From a virus (lineage: Duplodnaviria > Caudoviricetes): a stretch of DNA of 50,656 nucleotides. The notes under the pieces were generated by a model. It worked only from the letters and a program-made list of their open reading frames with translations, was not told where the DNA came from and searched no databases. The translations under genes were made by a program, and so were the position numbers. Position 1 is the stretch's first letter; the number at the start of each line of letters is the position of its first letter. Location: positions 1 through 50,656 of the IMG/VR virus record IMGVR_UViG_3300031857_000291; one strand, written 5' to 3'. Positions 42,989-50,656 of this stretch are shown one piece after another.

Positions 42989-45099
42989 AGTGAACCAAAG
43001 GCAGACAATATCCAGCTAGAACCGTTGTACTCAACATCGCACCATTGACCTGCTGCAAGCGCCTTCAACGGGCCGGTCCCGACGTTCAAATTAAACGCGC
43101 CAGTCGCAGCGGCGGTGCGAACGATGCGAAATTTTGCACCGTTGTACGCACCAGTTGTGTCTAGTCCAGCAGATCGATTTCCAGTCAATGCAGTGTTCCA
43201 GATGGAGGTTATGGGATCGCCAACATAAAGTATGGCGTCGGCGTTTCCATAATCCGCAGAAACACGCTCGGTCCTTGAAACAGTTGGGCCAGAAAACGGA
43301 GTTTCAGCTCGCATCTGGCGGTTATTTTCCCAATAGACAGTGTTTGCGGTAGGCGAACCGTCCTGCAAGTACGAGACAGATCCCGCAACACCGTTTCCAA
43401 CAAAAGACACATAGTTGTTCGCCAAAGACACATATGTGCCGCCTGTATTTCGGATACCGACTTTCGCTTCAACGGTCACATCATCAACGTGTACCCAGTT
43501 GTCAGACACGTTGAGCCCATAACAGGTGGTAGTCCAGATGCACGCGCCAGATGTGTTGGGGTCATCCGTGAAGGTCAATGTGTTACCAGTCACGCGAGAC
43601 TGCGGAACATCTACGCCACCAAAGCGGTCAACGTAGATTGAGCCATCGACCAAACGATTCCCGGTAATGACAATGCCGCCTCGTGTCAGCGCCGTGTCCT
43701 GCGCGCAGTAGATGCCATCGCCCACCGTGCGACTGGTTCCATTCAACAGCGCAATGATGTCGTTGTCGGCAATCAGGCCGTTCCTGGAGTTTGACGCTGG
43801 CGCAGAAGGGTGGTTTGAACAGCGAATCACATGCTGCGCGTAGCCCTTGCAGTGGTTGCCGATGATGCTGAAGCCGTCAACGCCTTGCATGAAAATGCAG
43901 GCGTAAGGGTCAGTGCCAGCGCCAGTATTCTCAAACCGGTTATTGGAAACGCTAAGGCGAGCGCCATGACTACCTTTAAGCGCCAAGCCGCCATCAATGG
44001 CGTATCCGATATTCCCATTTATGATGCCGTTTTCGCAAAACGAGAAGTAAAATGGAAGGTTGCTTTGCGGAGCTAGTGAATTTGTCGTATACCCGTAATT
44101 CCCTTCGACAACAAAATTTCCGACATACAACCCGTAGATTGCGCCACCATAATCAGAAAACTCGACAGAATTACCCAACCACTTGGCATCCGTTCCGTAT
44201 TTGAAAGCAACTTCCGAGTGATGCGATGTTGCGTCACCTGATCCTTTGTTTTTTACGCGCACATTGGAAATCGTTGCGCCTTTGAAAAATCGAATCTGGA
44301 CACTGTTGCCGTCCCAGTTGTCGAACAAGCAGCCATTGACGAAATGGTCTTTTGTGTAGCCCGCTCCTGTGTAGGTGTCTCCACCAGCAAAGACACCAGT
44401 AATACGGATGCCCTCACTCAAGCCATTGAGAAAATATCCTCCGCTGACCCGTACCCGATTGCCGGTGAAGTTGAAGATTGCGTTTGAGTCTTCGCCGTAT
44501 ATCACAACAATAGGCAGCGCGACCGTGTTCAGAATTCTGGATGTTCCAAAATCAATTTCAATGTCACTGGACGCAGTAGTGACGGCAGCGTTCACGAGGT
44601 AAGACCCCGTTGGGAAAACCACTCTTTTGCCGCTTGATGCCGCAAACGCCGCCTGAATCGCCGCCGTGTCATCGGCCACCCCATCGCCCACCGCGCCAAA
44701 ATCTAGCACGCTCACCACCTCTCGCATTTTGCTCTGCGCCGTGCGTGTGACTGCGCCGGTGCCAGCCTGAATGAAGCCTACGAGCGAAGATCCCCCTGGC
44801 TGAGAAAGTGCTGAGGACACAGCCGCTTCGTCGGTCACCACGTTGTCTACGGTCCAAATCTCAGAGTCGTTAGAGTCCGTAAGCCTGAACTTGTAGCTCG
44901 CAGCAGGGAGCCACACGTTGGCTTCCCCACGGCTGTCAAGAATTACGGGGTTGGTGTTGGCAGCGGTCTGTGCCTGATCAACATACGTGGTCTGGGGGGT
45001 GAGCGCACCTGCTGAGTACGTGTACAGCTTGCCGCCGACCAGGGGGTTGCCGTTAGCGTCAAAAAACTGGATTTTGGGGGTGGGAGTCAAGCTGGCCAT
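42985..45099 (-). CDS. Tailspike 2 (virion-anchor N-terminus + beta-helix depolymerase)
   Basis: QFFDANGNPLVGGKLYTY...NTNPVILDSRGEA; SVLDFGAVGDGVADDTAAI; beta-helix repeats. Confidence 0.87.
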   Translation of the reverse strand: MASLTPTPKIQFFDANGNPLVGGKLYTYSAGALTPQTTYVDQAQTAANTNPVILDSRGEANVWLPAASYKFRLTDSNDSEIWTVDNVVTDEAAVSSALSQPGGSSLVGFIQAGTGAVTRTAQSKMREVVSVLDFGAVGDGVADDTAAIQAAFAASSGKRVVFPTGSYLVNAAVTTASSDIEIDFGTSRILNTVALPIVVIYGEDSNAIFNFTGNRVRVSGGYFLNGLSEGIRITGVFAGGDTYTGAGYTKDHFVNGCLFDNWDGNSVQIRFFKGATISNVRVKNKGSGDATSHHSEVAFKYGTDAKWLGNSVEFSDYGGAIYGLYVGNFVVEGNYGYTTNSLAPQSNLPFYFSFCENGIINGNIGYAIDGGLALKGSHGARLSVSNNRFENTGAGTDPYACIFMQGVDGFSIIGNHCKGYAQHVIRCSNHPSAPASNSRNGLIADNDIIALLNGTSRTVGDGIYCAQDTALTRGGIVITGNRLVDGSIYVDRFGGVDVPQSRVTGNTLTFTDDPNTSGACIWTTTCYGLNVSDNWVHVDDVTVEAKVGIRNTGGTYVSLANNYVSFVGNGVAGSVSYLQDGSPTANTVYWENNRQMRAETPFSGPTVSRTERVSADYGNADAILYVGDPITSIWNTALTGNRSAGLDTTGAYNGAKFRIVRTAAATGAFNLNVGTGPLKALAAGQWCDVEYNGSSWILSAFGSL

Positions 45100-45116
45100 G
45101 GCGGGGTTCCCCAGTC

Positions 45117-45878
45117 TTAGTGAGAGTTGATGTTGTTGGACACGGTGACGATGATGGACGGAATGCCCGGATGCGGAGCGGCGGCGGGCACGGCCAGCAG
45201 TTCCACTGACAAATCACTTACAGAAAACATGATCTCGACGTAGTCGCCGGCTTTGAGGCTGAAAAAGTAGTTCAGGGCCGAAAAAATCTCGGCGTTGTTG
45301 CCCTGGATTCTGATTTGACTGGCAGAGTCAGTGACGTCCACACCATTCTTGCGAAACCAGATGTAAAGCTCTGCGGTGCCGCCACTCGTCTTGTCGAATT
45401 GAACGGACAGTTGCAGGTTGTAAATTCCGTCCGTGTCCACGTTGATGCGCGACTGCGGGGAACCGCTCAGGAACACGCCGGATGACAGGTCCGTGGTGTT
45501 CAGCGTTACCTCGGTGGCCGTGTTGATGGTCGTCGCGGTTTGCGTGGCGGTGCTGTAAAAAGACCCGTAGCGCGACCGCTTGAACTCACGTTGCGGAGTG
45601 TACGCGGGTGCCAGCGCCAGTGCCTGTACTTCGGCTTCTAGCTGTGCGATTTGGTCAACCGTGGCAACGGTAGGCAGTGTCTGGCTCTCCTGAGCCGCAG
45701 TAGCCAGCGCCATAGTGAGTGCAGCCAGCGCAGCCCCTATGTCGGGTGCCTTGGCGTAGTCAGTATCTTCAACACCCGCGCTAGACGTAGCAAGCTGACT
45801 AAACCACGCCAACCAAGCCGACGTCAACGCGCCTGAGGAGTTAGCTATGGGAATTTGTAATGGTGGGGGGCTAGTCAT
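45117..45878 (-). CDS. Tail protein (needle-like, coiled coil + C1q/BclA-like knob)
   Basis: W..WF N-terminus, coiled coil and YGSFYS...GIYNLQLSVQ; follows the gp10-like gene. Confidence 0.6.
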   Translation of the reverse strand: MTSPPPLQIPIANSSGALTSAWLAWFSQLATSSAGVEDTDYAKAPDIGAALAALTMALATAAQESQTLPTVATVDQIAQLEAEVQALALAPAYTPQREFKRSRYGSFYSTATQTATTINTATEVTLNTTDLSSGVFLSGSPQSRINVDTDGIYNLQLSVQFDKTSGGTAELYIWFRKNGVDVTDSASQIRIQGNNAEIFSALNYFFSLKAGDYVEIMFSVSDLSVELLAVPAAAPHPGIPSIIVTVSNNINSH

Positions 45879-47397
45879 CTCCACCCTCAATGTCAACACT
45901 GCCAGAGGCGAGTACAAATTTCACAGGGTCCACTACGGTAATCTGCACAACAAGGTCCCGTGCGGAGCCAAGGCGGCGCAACATCACCCGCGTGGTGTAG
46001 GCTCCCAGCTTGCCAAGGGGCACCAAACGCTCGTTGCCAAATGTGCGCCCACCGTCTCTGGAGATGCGCAGCATCACGCGTGGATCCAATCCCGCAATGG
46101 TGGCCTGCTCAACCTCAATGTAGGAGCCTGCCTCTGTTACTAGGAAGTCACCCACCTCAGTTAGCAGGAGACCGTAGAAACCAAGCGGGTCCAGTCCACT
46201 AAGGCCAATACCGGTCTCAAAGTCAAGGAACAGCTCGGAGATTCCAAACTCGTTGCCCTGGTTCCGCACATGGCGGGTGACAACCTGCCGCTTGATTGGG
46301 GTGTCTGTGTCGGTGTATGTATTGATGTCTAGTAGATACAGGGCTCCGCTAGTGGTGTCGCTAACGTAGTTTCTACCATTGAAGGTAATGCCGTACTGTG
46401 CAAAGTGCCGCGCCTGCTCGGCTACGCCTGTCTGCGCCTCGTGCCATATGGCGGTCTTAGTATCGTAGGCGAATGACCTATTTTCTGTGGGGAAGGTTAT
46501 TTGCCAGATGGGGTGTCCGTACACCGTGTAGGTGAACGCGACTGCATCGTCCACCCGCGAGAACGAGGAAAACAGAGTGTTGAGGTCTGAGTCGCTAATT
46601 TCCTCAGGTGCGTAGCCGTTGAGCCGGATAGCGGAAATGCCACCGTCGGGCGCGTAGCCCAGAAAAATGTAGGTGTTGCCCACCTCTACAGAAGAGAGAT
46701 CAGCGGCTAGGCCCCAGCTCTGAGTGGCTCCGGTAATGCGCTGGTACGGTAGGGGGACAGAGCCAACGTCCTGCCAAAACTCAGTAGACTGCTGGCCCCA
46801 GAGCACCAGGGTGCCGTTCAAGTTGCCGACGCGCAGTAGCAGGTCACTATTGTTTTCCTTGGTGCCGAAGATTGGCAAGGACCCCAGATACGTCCACACA
46901 AGTCCGTCAAGTAAAGCACTGACGTAAAACTCACGCGTCCCGGGCTTGTTGACTATGAATCTTCCGTTGAGAAAGATTACAGACGTCGCACCCGTGGGGA
47001 AGAATGTAGTAGTAATGCTGGTGAGCGCACCACTGCTCACCGTGTAGACGTAGCCGGGACCACCTGTTACGAGGATGAGCTGTAGGCTATTGTCCGCAAA
47101 CTCGACGCGCCCACTGCCGGAGATGCCGGTCGCAAGCTGCGTGTACGCCCCAGCGGTGTCCACACTATACAGCACGCTCCCGGCCACCACGTACAGCGTG
47201 GTACCAATGACGTGCCACCCCCGCACGGGGGTGGTGGGTAGTGTGGTCCATAGCACGCTGCCGGGGGTGCCCAGCAGCACCACGGCGGAGCGGTCTTGGT
47301 CTTTGCGGATGTCGTACAGGCAGTTGAGTCTGCGCTGCCGAGTGACGATGTCCGATATGGCGCGGATGCCCGTACCAAAGAGCGGAATCGTACGCAT
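45871..47397 (-). CDS. Packaged-DNA stabilisation protein, P22 gp10-like (tail hub)
   Basis: GTPG, beta-propeller repeats, GH..WQITFP, YD..T..WHE, MLRISRDGG.TF and RRLG.ARD. Confidence 0.85.
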   Translation of the reverse strand: MRTIPLFGTGIRAISDIVTRQRRLNCLYDIRKDQDRSAVVLLGTPGSVLWTTLPTTPVRGWHVIGTTLYVVAGSVLYSVDTAGAYTQLATGISGSGRVEFADNSLQLILVTGGPGYVYTVSSGALTSITTTFFPTGATSVIFLNGRFIVNKPGTREFYVSALLDGLVWTYLGSLPIFGTKENNSDLLLRVGNLNGTLVLWGQQSTEFWQDVGSVPLPYQRITGATQSWGLAADLSSVEVGNTYIFLGYAPDGGISAIRLNGYAPEEISDSDLNTLFSSFSRVDDAVAFTYTVYGHPIWQITFPTENRSFAYDTKTAIWHEAQTGVAEQARHFAQYGITFNGRNYVSDTTSGALYLLDINTYTDTDTPIKRQVVTRHVRNQGNEFGISELFLDFETGIGLSGLDPLGFYGLLLTEVGDFLVTEAGSYIEVEQATIAGLDPRVMLRISRDGGRTFGNERLVPLGKLGAYTTRVMLRRLGSARDLVVQITVVDPVKFVLASGSVDIEGGDD

Positions 47398-48350
47398 TAC
47401 TCTTCCCCAGGCTGGAAGTACAGCGTGCTCTGCTCTGCGTCACCTTGCCGAGCAATAGTCAGTGCAGTGTTCTTAAGCGACTCCATCTTTGGGGTCCAGT
47501 TAGCCTTGAACATGGGGGCAATCTGCTCCGTAAGCCCCCAGCACAGCGCCAGATACCACTCCTGCGGGTAGTACGGGGCGTCGGCGTTCACTGTCATGTC
47601 CTGGATGGGCTCCTGGTACGTGATGACGATATGGCTGCGCGTGTCGATGGCACTGCCAACGTCTGTATAGACGCGGCTCGTGCCTAGACCACGCTCAAAG
47701 TAGATGCCGCTTGGGTCGCCAGCGTACAGTGGGTCCGCCTTGTTGGGCAGATAGTCGTAATCCTGCACGGTCATAATGCCCAGGGGACTGTCCGTGTTAT
47801 TGACGTCCCGCAGCACGGCAGTCTCAATATCCTTGGGGTTCTGAGCAGCTACAGAGTAGGCAAACACCGTGTTCCCACTCGCTGCGCTGCTGGGCAACGC
47901 AGCCGTCAGGTTAACCGTGCTGCCCACCACACTGCTAACGCCAGAGTAATGCAGGGCTCCACTGTCCAAGTACACGGCAACCGTGTTCGCCGTAGTGATC
48001 CCCACCACACTGTCCACCACAACTGCCGTAGCAGCAGCTAGGGCAGCAGCAGTCGTGGCAGTAGTGGTTAGGTCATTAGTCCAGCCCTGCGCGGTGGGGC
48101 CAATGATGTAGACGCCCGTGGTGTTGCTGAGTAGCAGGTGCCCGCGCTTGCGCGTCCATACCTTGAGGCCGGGGGCGAAGTCAGTTTTCCCCATCCACTG
48201 CTTGCACATCATGTTCAGCATGAATGTGCAGTCCTGCATCTCATTGGCTGTGGGCTGCTCGGCAGGGTCCAGCTTGCCGATATTCAGCATGGCTTGACGT
48301 ACGATGTCGTACTTCGTAACCCCGAATGAATACGTGCCGCTGGTTGCCAT
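47397..48350 (-). CDS. Head-tail adaptor, P22 gp4-like, with inserted beta domain
   Basis: MATSGT..F...DIV..A, LN.M.K.W, PQEW.LAL.WGL; upstream of gp10. Confidence 0.7.
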   Translation of the reverse strand: MATSGTYSFGVTKYDIVRQAMLNIGKLDPAEQPTANEMQDCTFMLNMMCKQWMGKTDFAPGLKVWTRKRGHLLLSNTTGVYIIGPTAQGWTNDLTTTATTAAALAAATAVVVDSVVGITTANTVAVYLDSGALHYSGVSSVVGSTVNLTAALPSSAASGNTVFAYSVAAQNPKDIETAVLRDVNNTDSPLGIMTVQDYDYLPNKADPLYAGDPSGIYFERGLGTSRVYTDVGSAIDTRSHIVITYQEPIQDMTVNADAPYYPQEWYLALCWGLTEQIAPMFKANWTPKMESLKNTALTIARQGDAEQSTLYFQPGEE

Positions 48351-48355
48351 AGGTG

Positions 48356-49420
48356 TTACGCCACTTTCTGCCGTGCGGACTCACAGTCGCGCAGTGCATT
48401 GTACACCGCCGCCCAGGCTTGACCAATAGTGATGTCTTTCTGGCACTGCGCTGTGCCACTCTCAGGGTCACGGGTGCAGGCGGTCCAGTTGTAGTGCAGC
48501 AGATGGCACGCTGGGGCCGCGTTGTTGCCACGTCCCGCGCACTTGGTGTTTTCACTCCACAGGGGGATAGTGTTGACCCAGTCCCGAGTCAGGTTCTCGT
48601 GCGTGCTGTGTGACAGGAACACCACCTTAGCCATCGGCTCGCAGGCCATCGCATTCATTACCCCGGTCTCAGGACCAATGATTACGTCTGCCTCAAGGCA
48701 GAAGCTGAGCGTCTCACGGATAGACCACACGCCAGACTTACGCACAATGCGGGGTTCGTTCTCCCAGCCAGCCTCCAGCAGCACACAGTCCGGCCCCCCA
48801 GTGAGGACCACCCGCGCAGTGGGAAACTCAACAAGTATGCTTGCCAGCACGTTGTCTAGGCCAGCCCAGGTCTTATGCACGCTGCTCCCAGCCAAGGACC
48901 ACACCACCACCGGCCCTTCGCCCATCTTGGCACGCTCACGCTTGGCCCACTTCACCTCCTCGGCAGTGCGGTAGAAATGAGAATTCAGCACATAGGGTAC
49001 CTCAGCAATGGCGTGCTGAAACTCAACGTAGTTACGGTTCATCAAGCTGTGGCGCACCTGTGGGGGGTATAGCGCCACCGCCCGCCCCTGCATGCCCAGC
49101 AGCGTACCCTCAACCGACTCGCTTAGATTGACCCACTTGTCAAACTTCTTCTTTTGCCACGACCAAAAGTCCATCAAGTTACCGTTAGGTACCTGATCCT
49201 TGTCAAACAGCACTAGGTTGTCGATGTTGGGGTCGTGCAGTACAACATCGGCTCCAGGCAGACTGGAGAATAGCGTAACGTGGTAGCCCTGCTGCTTTAG
49301 CCCCGCCCACACGCTGCTGGCCTGCATTAGGTCACCAAACGCGCCGTAGCGCACCACACAAGCCGTCTTGGTGGGCTTGTCGTTCTTGTAGCTGAATCTG
49401 TGCGTGTATTTGCTGCTCAC
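48356..49420 (-). CDS. Glycosyltransferase family 9 (ADP-heptose heptosyltransferase-like)
   Basis: VVRYGAFGDLMQ, HDPNID, SSVHKTW, SIRET...ADVIIGPETGVMNA and C.PC...C. GTG at 49420 overlaps the upstream TGA. Confidence 0.82.
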   Translation of the reverse strand: MSSKYTHRFSYKNDKPTKTACVVRYGAFGDLMQASSVWAGLKQQGYHVTLFSSLPGADVVLHDPNIDNLVLFDKDQVPNGNLMDFWSWQKKKFDKWVNLSESVEGTLLGMQGRAVALYPPQVRHSLMNRNYVEFQHAIAEVPYVLNSHFYRTAEEVKWAKRERAKMGEGPVVVWSLAGSSVHKTWAGLDNVLASILVEFPTARVVLTGGPDCVLLEAGWENEPRIVRKSGVWSIRETLSFCLEADVIIGPETGVMNAMACEPMAKVVFLSHSTHENLTRDWVNTIPLWSENTKCAGRGNNAAPACHLLHYNWTACTRDPESGTAQCQKDITIGQAWAAVYNALRDCESARQKVA

Positions 49421-49683
49421 CACTTCACCTTGTTCGCCCAAAATGCTGGAGATTCTTTGCCCTTGGCGATGTTCTTGGCATGGCGTGCCTTGAAAGACTC
49501 ACGGCGTTTGCGCTCAGCGTCGGACTCGCCCTCTTTCTTCGGAGACCCGCTAACGCCCTGCTGGCCGAAGCGGATCACCTTCTCCTTACCATCCCAGCAC
49601 GCCTTTACGACGTGACTTTTGGTGGGGTGCCCCGGCGTGCGCTTGGGGGTGTTGCACGCCATCTCGGCTTTCTTAAGCGCCAC
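49417..49683 (-). CDS. Small basic phage protein
   Basis: PKRTPGHPTKSHVV..IRFGQQG..RR.SFKARH..S.AFWA...W. Confidence 0.75.
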   Translation of the reverse strand: MALKKAEMACNTPKRTPGHPTKSHVVKACWDGKEKVIRFGQQGVSGSPKKEGESDAERKRRESFKARHAKNIAKGKESPAFWANKVKW

Positions 49684-49870
49684 GCTTCTGCCTCATCGTC
49701 TCGAGGGTTTGGGCAAGACGGGCACGCTGGCCCAGTTTTCCAGGTTTCTTGGCTGCGGCGGCAAGTTCCTCCTCTGGAATCTTGTCTCCGCGCTTAATGC
49801 CAAGCGATTTACGCAAGGCACCCGGGCGCTCAATGGCCTCGCCAATCCAGTATTGCTGCTGCTTAGGCAC
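49673..49870 (-). CDS. Small basic phage protein
   Basis: WI..AI..PGALR..LG....KIP...G.RARLA.TL; AAGGAG RBS. Confidence 0.75.
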   Translation of the reverse strand: MPKQQQYWIGEAIERPGALRKSLGIKRGDKIPEEELAAAAKKPGKLGQRARLAQTLETMRQKRGA

Positions 49871-50039
49871 GTCGCTTCTCCTTTGCTGCGTTCATGTTGT
49901 CAACTAGATTGGGGTATGGCCTGCCCGCTGCCTTGGCCGCGCTCTTGGCCTTGGCCTTCTGCGCGGGGGTGAGCGACTTGGTTGGCCCTAGGTCTTTGCG
50001 ACGGGGCACCTCCCACACGGGCTTGTCAGACCCTTTCAT
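49863..50039 (-). CDS. Small basic protein (58 aa); not in the ORF track
   Basis: MKGSDKPVWE...LTPAQKAKAKSAAKAAGRPYPNLVDNM; ATGA overlap with the methyltransferase. Confidence 0.7.
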   Translation of the reverse strand: MKGSDKPVWEVPRRKDLGPTKSLTPAQKAKAKSAAKAAGRPYPNLVDNMNAAKEKRRA

Positions 50040-50557
50040 AGCTTCTTGAACACGAAAAGTAGACTGTACTCATCGTCTTCGTTACGCTTTTGAAAATCAA
50101 TGAGGTCCCAAGACCCGGCAAGTCTCATGGCGTCAACTACGCGGTCGTAATTGACGTTCCACTTATGGTCTGGGTTTGCCCCTGGCTCGCCGACCCTGGG
50201 GTACTCATCCTCGTCAGGAAGGTACAGAATCAAGTACCCACCCTGTTTTACGATACGGAACCAGTCCTTGAGCGCGGCGGCGTAGTCCTCAATGTGCTCG
50301 AGCGTGTGGCTACTATATACGAAGTCCATGCTCTGGCTGGCAAAGACGTCGAGCTTGGTGGCATCCTCACACATGATGTCCGGCCGCACGCTAAAGCCGA
50401 ACTGCGCGTGGTGCATGTTATCGACGCTGATGGCGTGGGGCAACACCTTAAAGTCGCCAGCACCCACGTCAAGGCCACGGCCCCGCAAGTAGGGGGCCAC
50501 TTCCCACACAACCTTTTTAGATTCCGCCTTGTACGGCGCGTTAGCTGACCAGACCAC
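50036..50557 (-). CDS. Class I SAM-dependent methyltransferase
   Basis: GLDVGAG, DFVYSSHTLEH and WFRIVKQGGYLILYLP. Confidence 0.85.
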   Translation of the reverse strand: MVWSANAPYKAESKKVVWEVAPYLRGRGLDVGAGDFKVLPHAISVDNMHHAQFGFSVRPDIMCEDATKLDVFASQSMDFVYSSHTLEHIEDYAAALKDWFRIVKQGGYLILYLPDEDEYPRVGEPGANPDHKWNVNYDRVVDAMRLAGSWDLIDFQKRNEDDEYSLLFVFKKL

Positions 50558-50559
50558 TG

Positions 50560-50656
50560 TTAGAGTACTCCTACGTCCTCAGGCAATTTCCACATGGTGG
50601 CCTTATTGTACGTGAACTTTGTAATCTTTAACAGGTCCGCTGCTTTGGAAACATTG
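50560..50656 (-). CDS. 3' end of a gene cut by the window edge
   Basis: Open frame ...NVSKAADLLKITKFTYNKATMWKLPEDVGVL* ending just before the methyltransferase start. Confidence 0.35.
   Translation of the reverse strand, partial: NVSKAADLLKITKFTYNKATMWKLPEDVGVL

Overview
The window is most of a tailed dsDNA phage genome with P22/BPP-1-style podovirus organisation and high GC. No integrase, repressor, tRNA or CRISPR array is evident, and no major capsid or scaffold gene was found; these probably lie beyond the window edges. Late and structural genes are on the minus strand. At 1-9119 lie terminase, portal and a tailspike. At 31401-50656 lie lysis genes, ejection proteins, a second tailspike, gp10/gp4-like proteins, a GT9 heptosyltransferase and a methyltransferase. 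A repeat-rich non-coding block (9200-11160) holds the probable genome end and replication origin, next to a minus-strand primase-helicase. The plus-strand early/replication arm (13569-31369) encodes small early proteins, DUF932, an SSB-like protein, a family A DNA polymerase, Cas4-like and VRR-NUC nucleases, an SNF2 helicase and a DenV-like glycosylase. It ends in two adjacent clusters. The first is a thymidine-hypermodification cluster (GT-A glycosyltransferase, aGPT-Pplase1-like protein, MazG-like NTP-PPase, dUMP hydroxymethylase-like enzyme, DUF3310). The second is a complete four-gene NDP-heptose pathway (HldA/RfaE1 kinase, GmhA, HldC/RfaE2, GmhB). The main hypothesis is that the phage makes its own ADP-heptose and uses it to heptosylate its DNA (a heptose analogue of base J), its virion, or both. 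Also read directly from the sequence: two distinct promoter classes, a candidate antisense RNA over the primase leader, a structured RNA upstream of the polymerase, and tailspike cassettes with homologous flanks. All protein family assignments come from motif recognition by eye; no database search was run.
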